This document shows, piece after piece, positions 37,129 through 44,691 of a stretch of DNA of 64,000 nucleotides. The DNA comes from a virus (taxonomy: Duplodnaviria; Heunggongvirae; Uroviricota; Caudoviricetes): the IMG/VR virus record IMGVR_UViG_3300038443_000233, positions 1 to 64,000 of that record. One strand, 5' to 3'. A model generated the notes under the pieces. The model had not been told where the DNA came from, made no database searches, and was given only the letters and a program-made list of their open reading frames with translations. The number at the start of each line of letters is the position of its first letter. Position 1 is the stretch's first letter. Made by a program: the position numbers and the translations under genes.

Positions 37129-37311
37129 ACGACCGAACGAGCGCAGCGAGTGAGGGAGTAGAAGAAAGAATATAAGTAATATTTATAAACTACTACTATA
37201 TGTTCCCCTGAAAGGGGGAACAATAAATAAGTAGTTAAGTAACACTATAGATATTCTATAACATAGTCAATAGATATTTATAATAATATATCTATAGGAT
37301 GTTGCGTAAAG

Positions 37312-37340
37312 TTGACAAAAGAGTGTACGTAGTATATACT
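37312..37340 (+). promoter_or_regulatory. sigma70-like promoter TTGACA-17-TATACT (spacer contains GTACGTAG)
   Basis: It sits upstream of the gene at 37361. Confidence 0.6.
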
Positions 37341-37360
37341 AAGAACTTTCAGGAGTACGT

Positions 37361-37699
37361 ATGGCAGTAACACTACGAGAAGGACAAATCTTCGTGAAGA
37401 AGAAGCATGAACTTGCTGACCTTGCAAAATCTCTGGACAAGGTAACGCCAGATGCGATTGATTTGATGGCAAGTTCGATGATGGACGAAGAGAACGTTCC
37501 ACTGAAGGAGCGTCTGAAGCTCGCTGAGTCCTTGATCGACATCAAGATTCGTATCACCGACCAGATCAACAAGGACGAACTGAACCGTCAGATCGCAGAA
37601 ATCAAAGCGAAGGGTGTGAGCACTCCGCTCGTTCCGGGAGACGATAAACCGAAGCCCGGAGCACCACGTCTCGATATGAACACGATCCAACAAGTATGA
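37361..37699 (+). CDS. hypothetical coiled-coil protein (112 aa)
   Basis: ORF with a 'caggag' RBS. Confidence 0.5.
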   Translation: MAVTLREGQIFVKKKHELADLAKSLDKVTPDAIDLMASSMMDEENVPLKERLKLAESLIDIKIRITDQINKDELNRQIAEIKAKGVSTPLVPGDDKPKPGAPRLDMNTIQQV

Positions 37700-37723
37700 A
37701 CACATTAACCCAAGGAGTAGGAC

Positions 37724-38092
37724 ATGGCTAAGAGCTGGAGTGAATTGACCTTGGACGAAGCAGTAGAACGGGCCAAAGGCATCTCTCGCCAAGCCCTTCA
37801 CATCGCTATCAAAACGTACACAGCCAATGGCCGTACGGATATCGTAGAACAGCTTCGTCTCGTACGCAAGACCCTGAAGCGTGATAAACGCATCGCGAAG
37901 GTAGGTAAGGAGGCTATAGAGGCAAAAGAAGCTTCCACGGCTGCATACGAGGCCCGCGTCGCGAAGATGAAGCAAATCAAGGCTCAGTTGGCAAGTGGGG
38001 CGTCCATGGCACAAGTAGCGAAGGATAACAACGCATCGTACACCGTCGTTTACAACATCGCGAAAGGTAAGACGTGGAGCCGGTTGCAATAA
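37724..38092 (+). CDS. putative DNA-binding regulator with two HTH-like segments
   Basis: ISRQALHIAIKTY and ASMAQVAKDNNASYTVVYNIAKG resemble HTH / sigma region 4-like helices. It lies immediately upstream of the tRNA-array promoters. Confidence 0.4.
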   Translation: MAKSWSELTLDEAVERAKGISRQALHIAIKTYTANGRTDIVEQLRLVRKTLKRDKRIAKVGKEAIEAKEASTAAYEARVAKMKQIKAQLASGASMAQVAKDNNASYTVVYNIAKGKTWSRLQ

Positions 38093-38095
38093 AAC

Positions 38096-38124
38096 TTGAC
38101 AAGTAACGCTTCATAGTGTAAGAT
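38096..38124 (+). promoter_or_regulatory. promoter TTGACA-17-TAAGAT
   Basis: It precedes the tRNA array. Confidence 0.6.
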
Positions 38125-38400
38125 AGCATTACTGACGAATTCAGTGGTACGAAATAACCAACGTACTGCCATGATTTGAGTAGTCGCCACTTGATTTAAT
38201 TTCCGAAAGGAGGTTGATCCTATCTCGATAGACCCAGCGTTGCAGGGTCTTGGCGAAGTTACCGTCCCCGAAACGACACGCTACGGATTGCTCCAGTGTT
38301 GTCGTAGGCGACTACTCTTCCGTTTGTTCTCCTTGGTGGTTGGTTGCCACACTGTCATCGCGAAAGCAGTTGACCCCGTATCAGTAAGCGGGACTAACAT

Positions 38401-38475
38401 AGCTGACTTACCCGAGAGGAAAGGGACCATCCTTGTAAGATGGAAGCCGTGGGTTCGAATCCTACAGTCAGCACC
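38401..38475 (+). tRNA. tRNA-Thr (anticodon TGT)
   Basis: Cloverleaf: acceptor GCTGACT/AGTCAGC, anticodon loop CTTGTAA, T-arm GTGGGTTCGAATCCTAC, CCA encoded. Confidence 0.7.
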
Positions 38476-38564
38476 ACGAGCCTGCGTTGCCGTCTACGGT
38501 CTTAATTGATTGAGAAGCGGCATGTAAGTCAAATCCCATTGCACACGGGGAGATAGTGTGCCAT

Positions 38565-38639
38565 TCTGGGTGTAAGTCATTGGTAGACAGCCTGTCTTGG
38601 ATACAGGTCGCAGTTGGTTCGATTCCAACCTCCCAGACC
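38565..38639 (+). tRNA. tRNA-Pro (anticodon TGG)
   Basis: Anticodon stem CCTGT/ACAGG, loop CTTGGAT, T-arm GTTGGTTCGATTCCAAC, CCA encoded. There is one acceptor mismatch. Confidence 0.65.
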
Positions 38640-38663
38640 AGAATTCAGTGCTAGTGTACAAAA

Positions 38664-38692
38664 CTTGACAAATTGTCGAGCGTATAGTAAGA
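38664..38692 (+). promoter_or_regulatory. promoter TTGACA-17-TAAGAT (internal to tRNA region)
   Basis: Same architecture as the promoter at 38096. Confidence 0.55.
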
Positions 38693-38878
38693 TAGCAGTA
38701 CGTAACGAATTTGACGTAACAACTACTTGTACCAGCTACGACCTGTAAGCGTACGTACGCGAATACCGGGCAACGTAGGAATGCTGGAACGTCATACTTA
38801 GCAATCGCAGAAGCGGCGTGAGTTAATCTACTCTCACTGAGGCGGAGACGGCCAAGAAACAGAACTGTCCAAGAACAA

Positions 38879-38952
38879 TTGCGGTGTGGTGTAACGGTTA
38901 GCACTATGGGCTCATAACCCGAAAGACCAGTTCGAATCTGGCGTCCGCAACC
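38879..38952 (+). tRNA. tRNA-Met/Ile2-type (anticodon CAT)
   Basis: D-arm GTGT-AACGGTTA-GCAC, anticodon loop CTCATAA, T-loop TTCGAAT. Two acceptor positions are mismatched, so the boundaries are approximate. Confidence 0.6.
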
Positions 38953-39023
38953 ATCCAATCCCGGTAACGTGTCCGGGTTTCTGCCGGTGAGCCGTGCAGG
39001 GAGAGCAAAACACGATTGACAAT

Positions 39024-39110
39024 TGTGGTGTGAGCGGAATTTGGTATCGCAGCGGACTGTTAATCCGTCACCGAAAGGTAACTGCTGGTTCGAGTCCAGC
39101 CTCCACAGCC
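39024..39110 (+). tRNA. atypical class II (long variable arm) tRNA with anticodon GTT (Asn) - assignment uncertain
   Basis: T-arm GCTGG-TTCGAGT-CCAGC is perfect. Anticodon stem GCGGA/TCCGT, loop CTGTTAA. The 15-nt variable arm folds as ACC-GAAA-GGT. The acceptor has a T-T mismatch. Confidence 0.45.
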
Positions 39111-39160
39111 AAGTTGAGAGTTAGCTGATAGCTCATGTCCAAAAATCAGCACGAACATAA

Positions 39161-39235
39161 TGGCTCTATCGTATAGTGGTTATTACGCCGGATTGTCGAT
39201 CCGAGCACGGGAGTTCAATTCTCCCTAGAGTCGCC
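39161..39235 (+). tRNA. tRNA-Asp (anticodon GTC)
   Basis: Acceptor GGCTCTA/TAGAGTC, anticodon loop TTGTCGA, T-loop TTCAATT, CCA encoded. Confidence 0.7.
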
Positions 39236-39251
39236 AGAATAGGACTAGACG

Positions 39252-39649
39252 TGAACACAACAAACATCGGAGACATCACTGAGCAAGGCTTTGTTCTACG
39301 GTGTTTGGAAAAAGAGATACCGATACTTCGTCCCGTAGGTAACAATCTACCGTACGACTTCGTGATTGAATATGAAGGCGCTCTCCGCAAGGTGCAAGTT
39401 AAGACGGGCCGGAAGGCCGCTTACGAAGGTTCGTACATATTCAACACACGTTCAACGTCGAAGAATTTTAATGAGGTAGTGCAGAAAACTTACGAAGGTA
39501 AGATCGACTACTTCGCAGTACAGTTCAGGGACCACTCCCGCGAATTCTATCTGATTCCGGTAGGGGACACAGGGACCAATGCTACCACTCTGTACCTTGG
39601 CGATAATCCTCGTCCGGGGCAGAATGTAGGCTCCAAGTACAAGTTTTAA
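39252..39649 (+). CDS. putative nuclease-fold protein (PD-(D/E)XK-like; free-standing/homing endonuclease candidate) embedded in tRNA array
   Basis: Track ORF 39176..39649 overlaps tRNA-Asp. The plausible start is GTG at ~39252 after AGGA. PYDFVIEYEG...RKVQVK resembles a PD-(D/E)XK core. The assignment is tentative. Confidence 0.35.
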
Positions 39650-39655
39650 GAATAT

Positions 39656-39728
39656 GCGGCCTACCTACTGGGATAGGGCTTTGCCTTCCAAGCAAATGAA
39701 AACGGTTCGAATCCGTTAGGCCGCTCCA
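39656..39728 (+). tRNA. tRNA-Gly (anticodon TCC)
   Basis: Acceptor GCGGCCT/AGGCCGC is perfect. Anticodon stem TTTGC/GCAAA, loop CTTCCAA. T-arm AACGG-TTCGAAT-CCGTT. Confidence 0.75.
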
Positions 39729-39830
39729 AGTTCCCCGACAAGGAACAGCAGCTCGTAACAGAGCTTCGCTACGTTAGTTTCGTAAAACTCAGGTTGGTAC
39801 GTACCTGTCAGTAATCGTACCACGAACATT

Positions 39831-39907
39831 GGGCAAGTGACGGAATTGGTTTACGTGCTACTCTTAGAAAGTAGATTTTGTGGGTTCGAGTCCCACCTTG
39901 CCTACCA
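39831..39907 (+). tRNA. class I tRNA with anticodon TAG (would read CUA/Leu) - atypical
   Basis: Acceptor GGGCAAG/CTTGCCT, anticodon stem CTACT/AGTAG, loop CTTAGAA. Short 5-nt variable arm. T-arm GTGGG-TTCGAGT-CCCAC. Confidence 0.55.
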
Positions 39908-39912
39908 GTCAG

Positions 39913-39950
39913 GGATGTCGTCGCAGGTTCGATTCCTGCCGCTTAAAACC
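39913..39950 (+). other. orphan tRNA 3'-half-like element (perfect T-arm GCAGG-TTCGATT-CCTGC without matching 5' half)
   Basis: It follows the previous tRNA immediately. An orphan canonical D-arm-like 5' half (TAGCTCAGTCGGTAGAGCG) lies downstream at ~39957-40000. Confidence 0.35.
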
Positions 39951-39999
39951 TTAAGTGGTCTAGCGTAGCTCAGTCGGTAGAGCGGTCCCACATTACAAC

Positions 40000-40082
40000 G
40001 TGCGAGTGGCTTGGGTAAATCGGTACAGCCAGTAGGCTCAAACCCTACGCTTTTGTCGGTTCGAATCCGGCCTTGCATACCA
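40000..40082 (+). tRNA. tRNA-like, anticodon CAA (Leu?) with irregular D-region
   Basis: Anticodon arm GTAGG-CTCAAAC-CCTAC is perfect. T-arm GTCGG-TTCGAAT-CCGGC. Acceptor GTGCGAG/CTTGCAT pairs with two G-U wobbles. The D-arm is unusually long. Confidence 0.4.
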
Positions 40083-40093
40083 AGCAGTACAAT

Positions 40094-40167
40094 GGTGACG
40101 ATAGTGTAATGGGAGCATTGCTGTCTGTGAAACAGCAGGAATGGGATCGAAACCCAGCGTCACACCA
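40094..40167 (+). tRNA. tRNA-His (anticodon GTG)
   Basis: Anticodon stem GCTGT/ACAGC, loop CTGTGAA. An extra 5' G is consistent with the His G-1 identity element. Confidence 0.65.
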
Positions 40168-40309
40168 AATTTATTTACTCATACGTGGGTTCCTAGTACG
40201 GGGGTTCGAGTCCCAATGGTAACGGAAGTGGAATCCAGCTACCGCCGACTAGCTACCGGCGAAATACGGCGCCTAGCGAGCGAACGGCGTATGCGTAAGT
40301 GAATTTAAT

Positions 40310-40385
40310 GCGGAAGTAGCTGATGAGGTCTTAGCGCTGGCCTGAAAACCCAGAGATGAAGGTTCGATACCTTCATTCCGCACCA
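40310..40385 (+). tRNA. tRNA-Phe (anticodon GAA)
   Basis: T-arm GAAGG-TTCGATA-CCTTC, acceptor GCGGAAG/ATTCCGC, anticodon loop (C)CTGAAAA. Confidence 0.6.
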
Positions 40386-40395
40386 GACGAACAAC

Positions 40396-40487
40396 GCGTG
40401 TAAGCCGAATATTGGTTAAGTCGGCGCTGACTGTAAATCAGTAGTGGGCTCGACCCGGTGGAGGTTCAATTCCTTCTGCACGCACCA
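40396..40487 (+). tRNA. tRNA-Tyr (anticodon GTA), class II
   Basis: Anticodon stem GCTGA/TCAGT, loop CTGTAAA. The variable arm is 17 nt. Acceptor GCGTGTA/TGCACGC. Confidence 0.7.
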
Positions 40488-40493
40488 TACAGT

Positions 40494-40570
40494 GTTCCAT
40501 TCGACTTCTGGTTGAGGTCAGCGTCCTTTCAAGTCGCGCAGGCTCGGTTCAAATCCGGCATGGAACTCCA
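40494..40570 (+). tRNA. tRNA-Glu (anticodon TTC)
   Basis: Acceptor GTTCCAT/ATGGAAC is perfect. D-stem GACT/GGTC. Anticodon loop CTTTCAA. Confidence 0.7.
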
Positions 40571-40577
40571 AAACAAT

Positions 40578-40652
40578 GCTTGGTTAATTCAGCGGTAGAA
40601 AATCATCCTTACAAGGTGATAGTCGTTGGTTCGAATCCAACACCAAGTACCA
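40578..40652 (+). tRNA. tRNA-Val (anticodon TAC)
   Basis: T-arm GTTGG-TTCGAAT-CCAAC. Anticodon stem TCATC/GGTGA, loop CTTACAA. Confidence 0.7.
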
Positions 40653-40658
40653 AGATAT

Positions 40659-40733
40659 GGGCTGGAGCGTAGGTTACGCTGGCCTCCCTTGCACGGAGCG
40701 CTGATCGGAGTTCGATTCTCCACTGGTCCACCA
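40659..40733 (+). tRNA. tRNA-Ala (anticodon TGC)
   Basis: The G3:U70 wobble in the acceptor is the Ala identity element. D-stem AGCG/CGCT. Anticodon loop CTTGCAC. Confidence 0.8.
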
Positions 40734-40800
40734 GAGTAGAAGCGTGGAACAACACAAAGCTACGGCTAATAACGGCTGCTGCGTGCCACGCTCAATGAAC

Positions 40801-40874
40801 CGCCGCATGGCAGAGTGACTATGTACTTGCCTGCAAAGCTTGGGAGATTGGTTAAAATCCAATTGCGGCGTCCA
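40801..40874 (+). tRNA. tRNA (isotype unresolved; possible Cys GCA)
   Basis: Acceptor CGCCGCA/TGCGGCG is perfect and T-arm ATTGG-TTAAAAT-CCAAT is perfect. The D and anticodon arms are poorly paired in my manual fold. Confidence 0.5.
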
Positions 40875-40881
40875 AGACAAT

Positions 40882-40954
40882 ACGTGATCCGAGGGATATC
40901 GGCTCTGGCGCTACGAACGCTGGCTGGGTGGTTCGACTCCATCATTACGTGCCA
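40882..40954 (+). tRNA. tRNA-Arg (anticodon ACG)
   Basis: Anticodon stem TGGCG/CGCTG, loop CTACGAA. T-arm GGTGG-TTCGACT-CCATC. Acceptor ACGTGAT/ATTACGT. Confidence 0.7.
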
Positions 40955-40956
40955 TA

Positions 40957-41030
40957 TAATCTGCTACTTACCTTCACCCTGAATTGACAGGGCATTCGCG
41001 GAAGGGGAGCCACGTAGGTAGCAGATTATA
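40957..41030 (+). other. long imperfect hairpin (TATAATCTGCTACTTACC ... GGTAGGTAGCAGATTATA) with structured 42-nt loop
   Basis: A ~17-bp inverted repeat lying between tRNA-Arg and tRNA-Ser. Confidence 0.4.
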
Positions 41031-41031
41031 T

Positions 41032-41121
41032 GGAAGATTAACCAGCCGGGGCGCTGGCGGGCTTTGCTAAAGCTTTGGTGCGTGTCGAGCGCATGGCAGT
41101 CGGGATGTCAATCTTCCGCCA
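41032..41121 (+). tRNA. tRNA-Ser (anticodon GCT), class II, 90 nt
   Basis: Acceptor GGAAGAT(T)/(A)ATCTTCC + G + CCA. Anticodon stem GGGCT/AGCTT, loop TTGCTAA. The long variable arm GTGCG-TGTCGAG-CGCAT has a non-canonical T-loop. The terminal sequence resembles selC, but the anticodon is not TCA. Confidence 0.55.
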
Positions 41122-41229
41122 GAGTAAATTTTCGCTGAACGTGGTAAGCGTTTCCGTCACCAAGCGCTTGAGGGCGGTAGCTAAGTAAAAACAACTCTTC
41201 GCCATTATCGGACTAAATGGCACGAACAT

Positions 41230-41321
41230 GGAGACTCAATCCGATTGGCGACGGAACCGGCCTTGAAAGCCGTGCGAGCTAGAAATAGCCTTGGGAGTTC
41301 GACTCTACCCAGTCTCCGCCA
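41230..41321 (+). tRNA. tRNA-Ser (anticodon TGA), class II, 92 nt
   Basis: Acceptor GGAGACT/AGTCTCC is perfect. D-stem TCC/GGA with a long loop. Anticodon loop CTTGAAA. Variable arm GCTA-GAAA-TAGC. T-loop TTCGACT. Confidence 0.7.
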
Positions 41322-41461
41322 GAGTACCCGTAAGGGGCTTGCTACGTTGCTGCTTCTTAAGCGTTAAAGCAGACTATAGGTTGGCCGTAGATTTGTGTGC
41401 ACACGAAGAACGGCGTGATGGTACTAACGTACATGACAGGTCGAGAAAGATCGACACGAAT

Positions 41462-41537
41462 AGTCCCGTAGTTTAACTGGTTAAAACGGTGGACCGATAA
41501 TCCACTAATCTGTGTTCGATCCACAGTAGGACTACCA
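41462..41537 (+). tRNA. tRNA-Ile (anticodon GAT)
   Basis: D-stem GTTT/AAAC, anticodon stem GTGGA/TCCAC, loop CCGATAA. T-arm CTGTG-TTCGATC-CACAG, CCA encoded. Confidence 0.75.
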
Positions 41538-41574
41538 AGAACAATTCCCGGCAAATCGACAAGGGCAGATACTA

Positions 41575-41700
41575 CTCTTTGAAAGTAGGTGGCTTGGAGC
41601 GTTACCAAGGCTGGGTGCCAACGCTATATACGCGCATGTACCAAGGCTGGCGAGCGAGGTTCCAACCCTTGCTGTGGAGCGTTCGATTCGATTCCGCGTA
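41575..41700 (+). other. tRNA-like debris / tandem 13-nt repeat (TACCAAGGCTGG x2) with an anticodon-arm-like CTACT-CTTTGAA-AGTAG
   Basis: There is no complete cloverleaf. The arm is a paralogue of the arm in the tRNA at 39831. Confidence 0.3.
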
Positions 41701-41713
41701 TGCCCTCTAAGGT

Positions 41714-41744
41714 AGCCCGTGTCTAACGATACGGGCTTTTTTTG
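41714..41744 (+). terminator. intrinsic terminator closing the tRNA array
   Basis: The stem AGCCCGT...ACGGGCT is followed by TTTTTTT. Confidence 0.8.
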
Positions 41745-41777
41745 TGTTTCAGAAGAAGTATAACTAAGGAGCATTAA

Positions 41778-42020
41778 ATGACACCAAAACTTGTCGACAT
41801 TGCAAGCGGATACGTTCCTGCGTTCATTCCGTTTGCATACGACCAATCTGGGCAGTTTGCTTTCAGTCCTGATTCCCTTTCTGTGTCGTACACCTACGAC
41901 ACAAGCAGCAATCTCCAATCAGAGACTCGTGGACCCGATCTAGCTGGTAACTACTACAAGAAGACTTACACCTTTACAAACGGCCAGCTAACGGCAGAAT
42001 CTATGTGGGTGAAGCAATGA
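41778..42020 (+). CDS. hypothetical structural protein (80 aa)
   Basis: ORF with an 'aaggag' RBS. It is the first gene of the late operon after the terminator. Confidence 0.5.
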   Translation: MTPKLVDIASGYVPAFIPFAYDQSGQFAFSPDSLSVSYTYDTSSNLQSETRGPDLAGNYYKKTYTFTNGQLTAESMWVKQ

Positions 42021-43702
42021 CGCGGCTTGCTGACCTATTAAAGTTCGGAGCCAATGTCGGAAGTGATCTACACGTCACGGGCAACAGTGCTCCCGGTGGT
42101 GTCATAACAGGAGCTTATCTGAAAGGTTCTGGGACGTTCAAGTTCACCAGAACACCAGCGTCCGGGGGAGCAGCAGTGCCGTTTGGAAGTGAAGTATCGA
42201 GCGGTTCTACTTACACCGTGAAAATCTCGGACATGGGGTATATTATTGGGGCTGTTCCCGTAACTTACCTACCGCCCCCTGCTGCCGGAGCTACCGTTCG
42301 TGTAGCCCCGGCACTACGTCCAGTGACAGATCGTGGTGCGCTACCGAACTTCTACAGCACCAGTTCTCAGTTGACTTATTTGCAGTGCCGGTCCGCACAC
42401 ATCGCGCATGACGTGATCACAAAGCCTGTGGTCGAGTGGACGCTGGCCTACCCGAATGGTTCTACCGAAAATGGCGTATCTAGCGTCGCAACACTAATTT
42501 CCTCATCGGTTGAATACCCAGCAGGGACGTTTACTAGGCTCACGTATAATGGATCGGTGAGTGCAACAATCGATGGCACTTCAATCTTGTCGAGTGATGC
42601 AAACACTCTTCTAGCCTCGATTCCAGACGGCGCAACTTTCTGGGTATGGGTGAATTTGCACTATACGTCAACGAACAAGGCGTACTACGATGACGGACTT
42701 AATTTTTATTATACGACTGCATCCGGTGAGGTAACGAAGGCTTCAACGTCTGCCTTGACCGATTACACGATGGTAGGTGGAATGGTGTCAGGCGGCGTTG
42801 GCTCTCCGGGATGGTCTTTCCGTCCAGTGGCTATTAGGGATATCTCAACCAAGCTATCAGCATTCCTAATGGGGGACAGCCGTCAGCGAAAAACACAAGG
42901 GGTCTATGGACACGTTGATCCGAAAGGACGTACAGGCGAAGCACAACGAGCTGTCGGTGCACGTATGGCCTGCATTAACGGTGCAGTATCAGGTGATAGC
43001 TACTTCAATGTGACCCAAGCTGGAGCGTACACTATCCGTAAGGCACTGGCCGACCGATGCGACATTATTATTGACGAATACGGCATCAATGATTTGGGCA
43101 CGGGCGTCAATCTCAGTGTGGCTAGCTTCTCAAATGACATTAATACGATGCGTGCGTTGCTTGGCCCGACGAAGCCATATTTCCGGCAGACCATCACGCC
43201 GAGGGCTACTAGCACTAATAGATTTACGGATACGGCTGGGCAGACTCCAACGTCGAACGCGTCTTACCGTAGTGCACTCAACGACGCGATTCGAAATGGC
43301 ACGCTGACGCTCAACAACGCGATGGCGGGATATTTCGAAACAGCGGATGCTGTGGAGACAGCACGGAACTCTGGCATTATCAAACCACTGTCTGGGCGAG
43401 TTCTAACAGATATCACTGTTTCTGCCAATAGTACTACTGTTACATCGACTAATAATGATTTCACATCTGCTGATGTTGGACGCTCTCTATTTGCGTCGTC
43501 TAATAACTTCGGCGCAGAAATTGTAGCTTACGTCTCTCCTACTCAAGTGACTATTAGTCAAAGCCAAACAACAGCTATCAACCCCGGCGATTCAGTTTAC
43601 GTAGGACTGTCTACACAAGATGGCCTGCACTACTGGCCCGAAGCAGAGATTTTAATGGCTGCTGACCCATCATGGAATCAGCTAGGAAATCCGCAGTATT
43701 AA
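42005..43702 (+). CDS. tail/fibre-associated protein with C-terminal SGNH (GDSL) esterase domain
   Basis: SGNH blocks are present: block I MGDSRQ, the Gly block GAVSGDS, block III GINDLG (GxND) and block V DGLHYW (DxxH). Confidence 0.6.
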   Translation: MGEAMTRLADLLKFGANVGSDLHVTGNSAPGGVITGAYLKGSGTFKFTRTPASGGAAVPFGSEVSSGSTYTVKISDMGYIIGAVPVTYLPPPAAGATVRVAPALRPVTDRGALPNFYSTSSQLTYLQCRSAHIAHDVITKPVVEWTLAYPNGSTENGVSSVATLISSSVEYPAGTFTRLTYNGSVSATIDGTSILSSDANTLLASIPDGATFWVWVNLHYTSTNKAYYDDGLNFYYTTASGEVTKASTSALTDYTMVGGMVSGGVGSPGWSFRPVAIRDISTKLSAFLMGDSRQRKTQGVYGHVDPKGRTGEAQRAVGARMACINGAVSGDSYFNVTQAGAYTIRKALADRCDIIIDEYGINDLGTGVNLSVASFSNDINTMRALLGPTKPYFRQTITPRATSTNRFTDTAGQTPTSNASYRSALNDAIRNGTLTLNNAMAGYFETADAVETARNSGIIKPLSGRVLTDITVSANSTTVTSTNNDFTSADVGRSLFASSNNFGAEIVAYVSPTQVTISQSQTTAINPGDSVYVGLSTQDGLHYWPEAEILMAADPSWNQLGNPQY

Positions 43703-43833
43703 TAACACGTGGGAAAATTAATGGCAACATTAAACCGATCCCACGTGTGCCAAGACTGCTGCCCCACCAACGAGGTTGGGGCAGCTTCTCACATAGCTTT
43801 TTAAAAGCTTACATACTACCTTAAAGGAACAAA

Positions 43834-44277
43834 ATGAGCAAGTCGGATACATGGGAAAATGACCTCCTGAAACTGGTCTTTAATAATGTTGGAACATCCC
43901 TTATTGGTGACGCAACTGGTATCGTGCCTAGCACGACAGCGGGTAGTCTTTACCTGTCGCTTCATACGTCTGATCCGGGCGAAACAGGAACACAAGCTAC
44001 TAACGAAACTGCGTACACCGGCTATGCTCGCGTCGCCGTCGCCCGTTCATCGTCTGGATTCACTGTCTCAGCCAACTCTGTAAATCTTGCAGCGAACGCT
44101 GACTTCGGCCAGTGCACCGCGTCGCCGGGAGGCAACCTTACACACTTCGGTGTAGGAACGTCGTCGTCTGGTGCAGGTAAGCTTCTATACAGCGGAACGC
44201 TAACACCCAACATTATAATGAACATTGGCGTGCAGCCGCGTATTACGACAGCTGCTGGACTCGTTACAGAGGACTAA
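43834..44277 (+). CDS. hypothetical structural protein (147 aa)
   Basis: ORF with an 'aaggaac' RBS. Confidence 0.5.
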   Translation: MSKSDTWENDLLKLVFNNVGTSLIGDATGIVPSTTAGSLYLSLHTSDPGETGTQATNETAYTGYARVAVARSSSGFTVSANSVNLAANADFGQCTASPGGNLTHFGVGTSSSGAGKLLYSGTLTPNIIMNIGVQPRITTAAGLVTED

Positions 44278-44283
44278 TTAAAC

Positions 44284-44691
44284 ATGGCAATCACGAAAGA
44301 AGAAATCCTTGCGAAATGCTCTGCTGAACTGATTGCCAGCCGTGATTGCCATGCAATTGCGGAGGTAGTTAGCGAAGGTAGGACAAAAGCTAGCGGCCTG
44401 ACGATTGGCAACGGGACTATTATCACTGCAATCGGAGATTTGGCGACCGCAAACACGCTGCTCGACGCATTACACAGCGATCAGCGTTTTAAGTACGTAA
44501 TCCCTCTTCTAGATCAAGGCCGTCTAATTGGTAGCGATCCGTTAGTAGTGGCAACAATTCAAGCATTTGTGCCGTCCATTTTGAACCAAGCGCAAGCTGA
44601 CAAGCTGATTGCTCTTTGCAGGGTAGCCGACCCAGTATCTCAAGGGGAAGTGGCAGAAGTTCTTTATAACCCTGACGGGAGTATGAAATAA
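44284..44691 (+). CDS. hypothetical structural protein (135 aa)
   Basis: ORF. Confidence 0.5.
   Translation: MAITKEEILAKCSAELIASRDCHAIAEVVSEGRTKASGLTIGNGTIITAIGDLATANTLLDALHSDQRFKYVIPLLDQGRLIGSDPLVVATIQAFVPSILNQAQADKLIALCRVADPVSQGEVAEVLYNPDGSMK

Noticed and set aside
39831-39907. Amber-suppressor tRNA
   Set aside because: The anticodon is 5'-TAG-3', which reads the CUA codon, not 5'-CTA-3'. It would not decode the UAG stop.
41032-41121. Possible selenocysteine tRNA (ends GGAAGAT...ATCTTCCGCCA resemble E. coli selC; 8-bp acceptor possible)
   Set aside because: The anticodon loop reads TTGCTAA (GCT, Ser), not TCA. I called it tRNA-Ser(GCT), though the resemblance is noted.
38240-41918. Track ORFs overlapping the tRNA array (38240..38509, 38494..38958, 39166..39390, 40674..40880, 41038..41229, 41291..41476, 41357..41608, 41532..41918)
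   Set aside because: The region is densely occupied by tRNA cloverleaves, and the ORFs have no RBS. Only the segment from ~39252 of the 39176..39649 ORF was kept as a possible gene.
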